From NCBI GenBank assembly GCA_002269645.1, contig NIVC01002353.1:62001-126000 (forward strand): DNA of 64,000 nucleotides. The letters run 5' to 3'. Below the pieces are notes generated by a model. That model was given only the letters and a program-made list of their open reading frames with translations, ran no database searches and had not been told where the DNA came from. The position numbers and the translations under genes are program-made. Origin of the DNA: Macrostomum lignano (taxonomy: Eukaryota). This document shows positions 1-20,023 of the stretch, in pieces (positions within the stretch are counted from its first letter, which is position 1; every line of letters begins with the position of its first letter).

Positions 1-1851
1 ACTGAGCGAATTTTTCCGACCAGATTGGGGTCCGGGGTGATCCCGCTCGCGCTGATGCTGTAGCCGAGGAATCTGACCTCCGTTGCGCTTAGATTGGACT
101 TTTCTAGGTTGATCGTCATTCCAGCAGTTCGCATCGTCTGGAGAACGTGCTGCACTTTGCTCCTTAATTCGGCGTTGGACTTCGCTCCCAGGAGGACGTC
201 ATCCTGGTAGACAATCTTGTTGCTGACATCCTGTAGGATTGTTTCCATGGCTTTCTGGAAAATGGCCGATGCAGATTTCAGCCCGGGAACCAGCCTTTTG
301 TAGCGGAAGAGACCCAAAGGTGTCGCGATTGTCGTCACCTCTCGGCTATCTTCATCGAGTTCGATTTGCAGGTAAGCATCAGAGAGATCCAGTTTAGCAA
401 AGTGCGACATGCCTGCTATCTCAGAAAAAATCGTCTCCATCTCCGGGATCGGGTAGGTGTCATTGCATATCTGGTGATTGACACCAGCTTTAAAATCGGC
501 ACAGACACGAACCTTTCCATTTGGCTTGAGCACGTTGACAATAGGCGATGCCCACTGGCTGCCTCCGGGAGGGACCGCCTCAATGATACCCTCGGATTCC
601 ATTCTTTGCAGCTCGCGCACCACCAAGTCTCTGAGGTGTAGCGGCACGGACCGGGCAGCACAATAGAACGCTTTGGCTCCTTCCACCAGTCTAATCTTAG
701 CTTTGAACCCTTTGAGGCATCCGAGCTGTTGGACCGCGTTGATGGTGACCGCGTCTTCTTGGAGCTTTATGTTGTCCATGCCAAGCAGACCGTGCTTCTT
801 CTCCGCGGCGGTGACAACCAGGTCAATCGTGACGAATTTCGAGTTGGTCTCGAGTGACGCAGTGAATTCCCCGAGGCAGGCGATGCTGGAGCCGTCGAAC
901 TGCCGGAGAATTCTCCTGCACTTGCGCAGGGTGGGCCGGCCCAGCTGGCGCCAGAGGTTCTGCGGAATCAGACTGATCTCAGCTCCGGTGTCGACTTGCA
1001 TTGAGATACCCTGGCCGTTGATTTTGATGGTCTTGAAGAGGCCCGCTTTAGCTCTGTTGGGGCTAAGAGTATACACGTCTGCTTCTTCTGCATCGACTGC
1101 GATTTCCTGATGGACAGCTCGTGATCTGCAGACAGCCGCAAAGTGATTTCTTTTTTGGCACTTGGAGCATTTTTTGCCGTAGGCTGGGCAGTTGCCCCTC
1201 AGGTGATTGGCGCCGCAGAACCCGCATTTGATTGACGGCTGCGGCTTGGCAGGTGAGGAGACTCCCCTTTGTTGACCGGCGAAGGCGATGTCAGCAGGAG
1301 CCGGCGTGTTGTAGTCACGGATCTGCTCAAGCTGCTGCAAATTCTGCAAAATCCTGTCGAGTGGCGTTTCTCCATCTTCGTTTTGTAGGCGCTCCAAGAT
1401 TCTTTTTTTGTGCTCGAGGAGTTGAGGCCGTCAATTAGTTGCATGGTAATAATGTCGTTCTCCTTTGTCTGCTTGCTGCCCAGCTTTTCAAACTCGCAGT
1501 GTGACGTAGCAGCCCTCAGCCTCCGGTAGTAGGCTATGACGGTCTCACCCGATTCCTGCTTCAAGCTGAGGAACCTGGTGCGTTCGGCAATTACAAGTGA
1601 CTTTTTCGGCCGGATGGTCTCGTCAACTAGCTTTTTGATGTCATCGAATTTCATCTCATCAAGTTTTTTTGGTGCTGCCATTAGGGATAGCGTGCGAATT
1701 GCCTGAAGGCCGGCCTTAGATAAGAATAGGTCAGTTTTGTCCCGAGCCTCATCCGAGTCTGTTAGCTTTTTGATGCGCGCTGTGGCTGAGAGTCGCTGCA
1801 TCCATGCTTCGGCCATGTCGGCGTCGTCCAAATTGAGTTCATGACTCTGCC

Positions 1852-1869
1852 ATCCTGCTTGCGACGCCA
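1852..1869 (-). other. Primer binding site of element A, overlapping the gag start codon
   Basis: TGGCGTCGCAAGCAGGAT lies 1 nt after the LTR end. Its reverse complement ATCCTGCTTGCGACG-CCA looks like a tRNA 3' end (Ser-like). Confidence 0.65.
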
Positions 1870-1870
1870 T

Positions 1871-2144
1871 TGTCGCGTCGTTTAATTAAGAGTTCAACTG
1901 AGCAACACGATGATTTGGTATTGTAAATAAACGATGTCTCAGTCTCGATATATTAATCATAAACGATGCTAACACAAACGAAGCTCAATATATAATTATT
2001 AACGCATTGGGGTGGCGGGGCGCACGGGGTACGAAATTGGGGTGGTGGGTACACTGGATGTACAGTCAATATTTCAATAGTCAATCAGCTAGTCACTTAG
2101 TCATAAGTACAGCGGTAGAATCCAGCGCTGCCTCATCAACGACA
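1871..2144 (-). repeat. Probable 5' LTR of Gypsy element A (~274 bp)
   Basis: Bounded by TGTCG...CGACA and immediately followed on the minus strand by a TGG-initiated PBS. The distal boundary is ambiguous (see findings). Confidence 0.65.
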
Positions 2145-3850
2145 TGTCGAACTTCCTTGAGTCCTTGAAAAGTGTCGTCAAGTCTCTGGTTGTAATATTC
2201 AGAAATAGAGCTTATACCGAATGGTGCCATCCTAAACATAACGACCAAACGGCGTGATGAACGTTGTCAGGTGCACACTTTCTTTAGCCAGCGGTATTTG
2301 GTGGTATCCTTTCAAGGCGTCAACTACAGAAAAATACTTGGCGCGACTAGCATCTGTGCTTGCAACGACTTCCAATGGCGTCTGAGACTGGTACCTTGAT
2401 CGAATAACATATTTGTTTAATTCCCAAAAGTCGACGCACATCCGTATCCCATTGTCTTTCTTTGGCGCCACCACTATCGGTGCACACCACTGCGTAGGAG
2501 CAGTGACTTTGCAGATTATCTCCTGAGCTTCCAACGAGTCCAGCTCAGCTTTAAGTCGCTCGTACAATGGGAACGGTATCCTCCTTGGTGTCTTAATGGA
2601 GAAAGGTTGAGCGTCTTCACGAAGCTTGATCGAAAATGCTTCACCCTTCATTGGTCTTACTATCCCATCGAATACAGCCGGGAATTCGCTGATTAGGTCT
2701 TCTGCTGTAGCAGTTCTTGTAGCGATCGAGTTGATTTGCTGTCGAGGAAAATTCCTGGGAATTATTCCCAAATCAACACATGCTCTCCATGACAAGACCG
2801 GTACCGTCAGGCGATCAAGAACGTAAATGTCTGTTGTGATCTTGGTCTCACCGATCGAGATGGAGTCGTGAAACTTTCCTATTACTTTCATGCACTGTCC
2901 ATTCGCGGCTGTTGGACCATCAGCGGCTTCTAAAATTCGTTCCCTCTTTGCCAGCTTTTGCATGTCTTCTACTCTGATAGCGGTTATATTTGAGCCAGTG
3001 TCGGGCATCATTGTTAGTGTGACACCTCCGATTTGTACATTCACTACGGGACAATCAGGGTGCAGCATGGCTATTAGAGATTGAATGCTTCCTTTTCGCG
3101 ACGATTCACTGGTTTTTTTGCTTAGTGTATTTTTCGAGCGGCACACTCTATCGAAGTGCCCTTTTTTGCCACAGCGACGACAAGTTTTGTCTCTGGCCGG
3201 ACATGTCTCACCCGAGTGCTTTTGCTTACCGCAGTAGCCACACGATTGACTTTTGCTCGTCTGGGGTTGTCCTTTTAGGAATCCCGGGTGCTTAGTCGTC
3301 CTGTACGCAGATATTTTTAGCGCATTCAGGCTCGCTGACTTGCAAATTTCGTCCCGCTGTTTGATAGACGCTTCTTCAGCTTGGCAAATGGTTACCGCTT
3401 CTGATAAGCTAAGCTTTGGCTCGGCTAATAGTCTTTTAACTGTGTCCGGGTTTCGTATTCCCAGGACAATTTTACCTCTCAATAGATCGTCGGCATGCTG
3501 ACAAAACGCACAAGTTCTCATGAGGTCTCGTAATTCCATCAAAAAATCAGAAAATGCTTCTCCCTCCTTCTGCTGCCGGGTCCAAAAGCGATTTCGCTCA
3601 ACAATGTTTACTTGCCCGATTAGATCCGCACGGAGTGTCTGGATCACCTTCTCAGGATCCCGAAATTCAGCCTCTGTGAGGGGCAGATTCTTGTACTTGT
3701 TGTACGTGGTTGCAGAGAAAGAGTTGAGGATGCAAGCTCTGCGGTTTGCTCGCTTTTGCGCGGCCACTTCATTGCTGTCGGCGTCGGACTTTTGCACTCC
3801 TATGGCTTCGAAGTATGCCTCGATGGTAGCTCTCCACGCGTCTCCACGCG
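2145..3850 (-). mobile_element. Ty3/Gypsy element B fragment (gag-protease-partial RT), truncated at both ends
   Basis: ORF 2232..3797 contains a gag core (RFWTRQQKEGEAFSDFLMELR), a double zinc knuckle (CGYCGKQKHSGETCPARDKTCRRCGKKGHFDRVC), a protease motif (MPDTGSNITAI) and the RT N-terminus (WCAPIVVAPKKDNGIRMCVDF, DALKGYHQI). After a frameshift at ~2235 it continues FRMAPFGISSISEYYNQRL. Confidence 0.92.
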
Positions 3851-3852
3851 TT

Positions 3853-4098
3853 TGACGCCTGATTTCGGCAAGGAATACTGACCCTGCCTAACCCTAACCC
3901 TCTGACGCCTGCTTTCGGCAAGGAATACTGACCCTGCCTAACCCTAACCCTCTGGCGCCTGCTTTCGGCAAGTAATACTGACCCTGCCTAACCCTAACCC
4001 TCTGGCGCCTGCTTTCGGCAAGGAATACTGACCCTGCCTAACCCTAACCCTCTGACGCCTGCTTTCGGCAAGGAATACTGACCCTGCCTAACCCTAAC
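3853..4098. repeat. 50-bp tandem repeat (~5 copies) containing CCTAACCCTAACCC telomere-like hexamers
   Basis: Unit tgacgcctgctttcggcaaggaatactgaccctgcctaaccctaaccctc recurs at 3853, 3903, 3953, 4003 and 4053. Confidence 0.95.
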
Positions 4099-4678
4099 AC
4101 TCATTAATGTAGCCGAGCACTCAGTGCAGTTCAAAATAAACGATAATAACTCAACTTAACTATTAAATTTATTATTAATTATTCCAGGTTATTTATTTGA
4201 CTGTAGCACTCAATTGAAGCACTTGGCAATAAGATGATCCTGCAGAGGCTACAACATAATATATATCAAAGTTACTAGGACACAACATTGTCGGCGGTTG
4301 AGTTACTAAGTCTAACCTAATGTTTAATTCGGTTTGGGTTGGCTCTATAGCCTAAGGGGAAATAATATTGTCGGATAGCACTGAAACACGGTAACGAGGC
4401 ACGCCGAGCGCGAGGAGGGAGAGGAAGCCTACACCAAAAACACGAAACTCAAAACCTTCAATACTAACTTCAAAAAGTGGTAACCAAAATAATAGAACAG
4501 AAGATGAAATAATAGACATAATTTTCCTAGAACAAAACATAAAAGCGCTTTCCACCTAACCCCATAGTTATTACCAAAAATCCATTATTTCCATATTCAA
4601 TCTCCATAGGTACACAGGAAGTTGCGCATTGAGTTCACGTGTTTATAGTTGGATGCTTGAACGCTTTCTGGCGGATCG

Positions 4679-13906
<9,228 letters not shown>

Positions 13907-14435
13907 GGCGAAAGTAATTTTCTTTCCTTCGAGCACTGCTTCTGTGCTGGTTCGATTGTGTCTTTAGTGGCTAGAGAGACGCCTGCCTGCTGTTACTAGC
14001 TTTTTATAGGCTACTTAAAAGCCATAAAAAGCACATAAGCCAAAAAAGCCATATATAGCACACTTTACGCTTTGTAATTTTCAAAACTCTCTGTCTGTAT
14101 CAAGAGGGCTCGGGCCGTATGCAGAAAGCTCTGTCGGGTAGTCCGGTCATAAAAAGCTAGTTTGGACTTGGATTTGGTATGCAGAAACACAAAAAGACAG
14201 ACTAAACTGTCCATAACTTTTGAATGCCAGTAGCTATTAACCTAATTAAAAATGTATTGCATAGATAGATAAAGCCGCTTTCATGAAATTTCAACGCCAT
14301 TTATGCATCTGACTCTAGCTATGAACTACGTGGAAAAGTCCCACTACTTTTTGGATACCCCTCGTATAGGCAGAGACAGGGTAGCTGGACCATAGACCAC
14401 AGAATGAACTACCCAAGTCCGGACTAATTAGTTTG

Positions 14436-14953
14436 GGGGGTCTTTCTCGAAAGCAACTTACCATCGACTATAGACGTAAGTTGGGTAAGCTACACTTACG
14501 GGTTGCTCGAAGGGCTCGCAAGTTAGCTATGCGTAAGATTGATCGCAACTTTACGAGTTCGCAACTTTGCGCAAAAGACTGTTTCTCGAAACGTTCGTAT
14601 GTCTATGGTCTTTCGTAAGGTTGATCTTAACCCTAGACTGCTCGGTATCAGTCGTAAGACGCACTTAAGCACTAATCGCATAGTACGTGAAGCTTTAGTC
14701 AAGCCAAGTCAAGTTAAACTTTATCGAAGGTGGGTCTTTCTCGAAAGCAACTTACGATAGACTAAGGAAAGATATTTGCAGACCATAGACATGCAACTTT
14801 TCGTTTCAGATACGACTTACGAACAGCGTAAGCCACGCAAAGTCTAAGTGAGTTTTGAGAAAGCGTCTTACGAGCAAACTTACGCTACACATAAATTTCT
14901 TTCTTACGATCGAACTTACCATAGAACTTACGTGAGTTTCGAGAAACACCCCC
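14436..14953. mobile_element. Non-autonomous DNA transposon (MITE, PIF/Harbinger-like TIRs)
   Basis: TIRs GGGGGTCTTTCTCGAAA ... TTTCGAGAAACACCCCC, internal CTTACG/CGTAAG repeats and an internal TIR copy at ~14731. Confidence 0.6.
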
Positions 14954-15203
14954 CTGGACCATAAATCTTATTGTGAATTACTCTAGATAGAAACCAAAAT
15001 TAAACAGCCAGTCAGCCATGGGGGTGCAAGCCGCCAGCTCGATGTGTTATAGCTAGGTTGGCAGTCTCGTTGAACTTTATCCAGGTTTTTTTCTCTTGTT
15101 AACCGGACTGGACCGAAATTGATTTGCACTTGGCGTTGTTCAGTTTTCATTTCTTAAAATAAAAATATTATTAACAAGGTTCTGCGTGATTAATTGATGT
15201 GTC

Positions 15204-15243
15204 TGCCCTGAAGATGACCGATTGTGGTCGAAATGCATTGGCA
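15204..15243 (+). ncRNA. Minimal type I hammerhead ribozyme motif in a Penelope-like terminal repeat remnant
   Basis: UGCC-CUGAAGA-U-GACC(gauugu)GGUC-GAAA-UGCA-UU-GGCA. This gives stem I UGCC/GGCA, the conserved core, stem II and a palindromic stem III (AAUGCAUU). Confidence 0.65.
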
Positions 15244-16026
15244 AAAGTCTAAGAAACTAAAATGTAGATTTTGAGTTTTCTGTACTTAATTATTCTCTAG
15301 ATAGGCCACTTTGTATGGCGGTAATAGAGAAAGTGCGACCGCTGTTTTTCATCACTTGTGCTAAAAAGCCTGACTCTGACTGGTACCTCGGCTGACGTTC
15401 AGGTCATCTCGCTTGGTCTGAAATCTTGGGGAAAGGTGACAGTAAACTTCTTATCATATCTTTAATTTATTTCACTTTCTAGCTGTTCTTTTAATTTCTT
15501 TTACTTAGCTGTCTTATCTCTAAGTTCTGTTTCCAGTCTTTTAGCTTTCGCTTTACCTTTGACGACCTTTTAATGATTATTATTTGCTAATTTCTAATCC
15601 CTATAATCTGTTCTCTAGGCCACTGCACCAAGGGCGGCGTTGTCAGGTTTTTCTTTAACTCGATGATGAAGAACATGTCGAAGGACTTGTTGTCTTGTGA
15701 AACTGAGGTATGCAGCCAGAAAGAGTGCTTGCTTAGCTCGCATCTAGTGTCCTTATTGAGTTCTGAACCGTTGCTAGCTTATCCGGGAGGAAATACAGCT
15801 GCTACTGCTATAACCAAGTGTAGATTGGCTGGCCAATCGCTGTTAGCGGGGCCGGGGGGCTTGTCGTCGCCCGTGTTTGGGGGTGCTTGGCCCAGGGGTG
15901 GGTGTCTGTGGGGCCTTTTTAGCCCCGTGCGTTGTGCCCGCCTCAGCCCATCTCTCCTCGCCAGCTTGCGTGCGTTTTTTTAGCGATTTTTGGCTAGCCC
16001 AACTTATTCAACTTACTCTGGGTACT

Positions 16027-19000
16027 ATGAGTTTGCGTAGGATGACTGTAAATCAGCTACGTGAATAATTGAGTGATAGGGGCCTGAGCACGCACGGCTA
16101 CAAGAAAGACCTGGTCAGCAGACTCTCCACTGCGATGAGCCAGAGCGAAGCAGCTAGTCGGCGGGAGCAAGTGGCGTCAAACTCCGCGGAGACCGACAGC
16201 GAAGGGCGGCGGCAGCAGCAGCAACAACGGCTGGAGGCAGGGGAGGCGCTGGACCTAGCAGAGCTCCGGCGGAAGATAGCTAGCCTGGAATCGGAGACGG
16301 CAGCAATGCGCCAGCAGCTGGAAGGCCGATTTAGACCAGGTGAGACGAACCAACAGCTTCTTAATGAGCCCTCTGATTGTAGTAGCGACATGAATATCCC
16401 GAGTATGCTCAGAGGTCCTCAGTAGCTCAACTAGGGCTACGGGCGGCACCACTCGTTGTTGCGGACTTCTACGGTTGCGACCCTCCGACGGCGTCGACGA
16501 GTCGTAGTGAAAAGGTGCTGCATCCAACCGCCAATCAGCCTAAACCCGAATCGCTGGGAATCGGTCAGTGGATAGTCGGCAACGCGCGCATCCTCGACGC
16601 CCTGATCTCTAGGGGACAGCTTGACCTCGAAGGCGTTCGGCAGTACTTGCAGTACAATGTGCAGATCGGTGAGCTGGTCGAGGCAGGTTACGACACCACC
16701 AGGATCATGCGGTTCGACGACGCATTCAGAAGAGAGCAGCAGGCGGGCATGCAAGACTGGGCGCGACCGAGTTTCTCGCTGGTGGCACGGCACCTCATCG
16801 CACCTCATCGAAGATTCCTATGGTTCAAGGAGCGCCCGTCTGCCTCAACACTCATGCTTGCCGGGTCTGCTTGCGCTCGGACCACGGCGAAACGCAACAC
16901 GCGGCAAAAAAACGAATAGCCGCGGCTCCAGTGGCCTCGGCAAGCTGGCAGCCACAAGTTTTAATTCCACGACTGGCCTTTTTTAATTGACGGAGTCCAA
17001 AACGGCTTCACGCTCACTACTGAAACAGATTTTAAGCCTTCCGAAGTTGAGAACTACTCGTCCGCCATTGAGTACAAGATGTTGGTCGAAGAGCAATTGC
17101 AGCGTGAGATCGCCAGCGGGCGGTATGTGTCAGTCAGCCGACGTCCGTGCAAGATCTCCGCACTTGGTGCCATCCCGAAAGAGGACGGTGGAGTCCATAT
17201 CATCCACGACTGCAGTCGTCCGGAAGGCTGTGCGGTCAACGACCACTTTATCGCAGACCACAAGATTAAGTTTGAGACGGTTAGCGGCCTCTGCTCACAA
17301 CTCAAGCCCGGTGACTTCACGGCCAAGATCGATCTCAAGGAGGCGTATCGCTCAGTAGGTGTTCATCCTTCTTCTCTCGACGCTCTGGGCATCAAAGGCA
17401 ATTTAGCGGCGACAGCGAGCCTACCTACCTGGTCGACACCCGGCTGAGCTTCGGCGCTGCGGCCTCGGTGTACCATTTCAACAGGCTGTCTAAGGCGGTG
17501 GTGCGCATGATGCAACGGCGCGGGTTCACCTGCGTTGGCTACCTTGACGACTTCGCTGTGGCTGGGAGCACCTACGAGGCCTGTGTCGAGGCTTACGAGA
17601 GCTTGAGGAGCCTGGCGACGAGCCTCGGTTTCACCATCAACGAAAAATGTCTAGCGGGCCGTCGCGGCGCACAGTTTTCCTGGGCGTCCTGATTGACACA
17701 GAGTCGGGGATGCTGAGCATCCCACCGGCCAAGCTCAGTGCACTCGAAGACGCACTTGGGAGCTGCTTGCATCGACGCGGTGCGATCAGCAAGCGCGACC
17801 TTCAGTGGATCTGCGACAAGCTGTCCTGTGTGAGCAGCGTGACCAGGAAAGGCCGAGCTTCCATCCGCCCTCTACTGATGCTGGCGAGCCGGGCGACTAG
17901 ACCTGGTGACAAATTGCGGCTGACCCCGCACCTGCATTGTTCGGGAGGCCAATAAGTCCGACTGGCTCTACATCAACTGGAAGATTGACGCTGGTGGCCG
18001 TTTTGCATCGGCCCACATCAACATTAAGGAGACCATCACGCCTGTTCTAAGCATCCTCGCGGCCCCGGGCCGCTTCGCCGGTGCGGACATCGTCGTGTAC
18101 AGCGACAGCTCGGCGGCTGTCGGTGCGCTGAACAAGCTCAGCTCGCCATGTAACAACGTCAAACGGCTCCTGAACACGCTGTCGCTTGCCTGCGACGCGT
18201 GGGGTCTGCGGCTGCGGGCCTTTCACGTTCCAGGCGCCTTCCAGGTCCTGGCGGACCCGGCCTCTCGCCTTGCTTCTAGAAGTGGGGCGCAGAATTTTTT
18301 CTCCGCTTCTACCGCAGCCTGCATGATTTGGCTGCTGACTCCTGCTGCATCTCGCGCCACGCGCTCTGCTCTGCCTCCGCCTCCCTTTTGCTTTTGCAGG
18401 TCCGGCGCCTCCTGCCTCCCGCCTACCTGGGCCGCTCCTTCGCTTCCTCGCCGACGCCTGGGCTCCTAGTCCGAGGGCATCGTACGCTTCAAACCTCAAA
18501 CAGTGGCAGCGCTTCTGCGACCTCGAGGGTGTTCAGCCACTAGCGGCGTCCCCGGTGCACCTGGTCGAGTACGTGCGACGCCTGGCTAAGCGCGGCGTGG
18601 CACCCGGTAGCCTCGGTGGACACCTGGCGGCCATCAGCTGGAGCTTCAAGCTGGCGCAACTCCCCGACATCACCAAGTCCGGCCTGATCGATCTGGCAGT
18701 TAAGAGCGCCAAACGGACAAGCGGCCATTCAGTCAAGCAGAAAGACCCCATCAGCCCGGCTGTTCTGCTTTCACTGGCAAACCAGGTGAACCCAAGAGAC
18801 CCTGCAGACGCCGCCTTTTGGGCCGCCGTGCTGTGCTGTTTCTGGGCGCTTCTCAGGAAAGCAAATGTCTACGGGCGCCACTCCATTCTCGTCGGCGACA
18901 CTCAGGCCGATAGTCAGTGCTGGAGACTCCGAGTTCGACAGTCGAAGACCAACCAATGCAGACAAGACTACCATGAGGCGGTGCTGCCAGCGCTCGGAAG

Positions 19001-19400
19001 CCACCCACTTTGTCCTGTCCAAGCCTTACGGTGGCATTTTCAGGCTAACAAGCTGCGGTCTGCGCCGGCGCTCACTCGGCTGTTTTGCGTCCACATCGCC
19101 GGAAGCTGGTGCCCGTTTAAATCGCGTCAATTCGACCGCCGCCTCGCTCGGGCTCTGACAGATGCGGGTTGGGCGGCGACAGCTTTCTCGGGCCACTCTC
19201 TACGACGGGGTGGCGCCTGTCTGGCGTTCGACAGCGGCCTCGACGTGGAGCAGATCAAGCGGCTGGGCGGCTGGCGCAGCGGCGCCGTTTCACGTTACCT
19301 GCCGCAGTCGGGAGGGGGGGTTACTTCCGCCTCCTGCGCCCAATGGTCAACCGTGTGCTGCCGGCACCTCTCTAGCGCTCGCCTGACTCTCCCGTCGCCG
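16027..19400 (+). mobile_element. Tyrosine-recombinase retrotransposon (Ngaro/DIRS-like), degenerate: gag, RT/RNase H, YR
   Basis: Gag begins with a SAP/HeH-like motif at 16027 and has a Cys/His knuckle (CRVCLRSDH). RT: ISALGAIPKEDG..IHDCSRPEG..VND, KIDLKEAYR, YLDDF. RNase H: VYSDSSAAV, HVPG..LADPASR. YR: ALLRKAN, HSLRRGGA, LGGWRS..VSRY. Several stops and frameshifts; no methyltransferase or terminal repeats recognised. Confidence 0.88.
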
Positions 19401-19499
19401 TGTACCCTACTTTTTAATCCCTTTGTTCGGGTTTTTGGGATGTTTTTCTCGTGCTCTTCAATCGTTGCCTTTGCTCTCTCCCTCCGGCCGTTCCGCTAA
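18430..19499 (+). CDS. Tyrosine recombinase of the Ngaro/DIRS-like element
   Basis: Contains AWAPSPRASYASNLKQWQRFC and the R-H-R-W-Y catalytic signature. The C-terminus is probably frameshifted at the G-run near 19315. Confidence 0.88.
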
Positions 19500-20023
19500 G
19501 GTATTTATAGATTTCAATATATGAGTGTAACAGTTTGCAAGTTTACATTTTCTTACTACATGTCGTAGGATTACTATTAGCTCGTACTATTTAAAGTCCT
19601 AGGGACTTTTTGAGTTGATAGGGCTTGTGTAGATAGATATGGTCTTAGCGTTCTAAGGCTCCAAATGGATCCGAATCTCGCTATTTCGCACTATCGAGAT
19701 CGCTACGAGCTACATGTACGCACATGTATGATCTTTTCATTTAACATTTGATTTTTTGGAATTTATTCTAATGTTTGCACTATACTCGTATTTCACGTAC
19801 ATGTACGAGCTATGCTGAAGATATCCTCGATCATTTCTACAAAACATTGCTCTCTGCAACCAGTTGTGTTCCTAAAAGCATGCAAAACACGATTCGATTA
19901 AAACAGTGCACGTGATGTATACCCTTGTGATTTCCAAATTAGAAGGGCAAAAAATAATGCACTTGTGGAGACAAACCCCTTTAAGTGTTAACAACGCCTC
20001 GCATAAAATTTTCAGATTTTGAA

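Larger units (their letters stand above)
1..2144 (-). mobile_element. Ty3/Gypsy LTR retrotransposon A (5' LTR, PBS, gag, protease, RT; runs off the left edge)
   Basis: Gag starts MASQAGW at 1870. After a frameshift near 1400 the frame continues into a CCHC knuckle (CGFCGANHLRGNCP..CSKCQKRNHFAAVC), an aspartic protease motif (VDTGAEISLIP, ~990) and RT motifs (KLDLSDAYLQI, TPLGLFRYKRL, YQDD at ~198-209). Confidence 0.93.
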
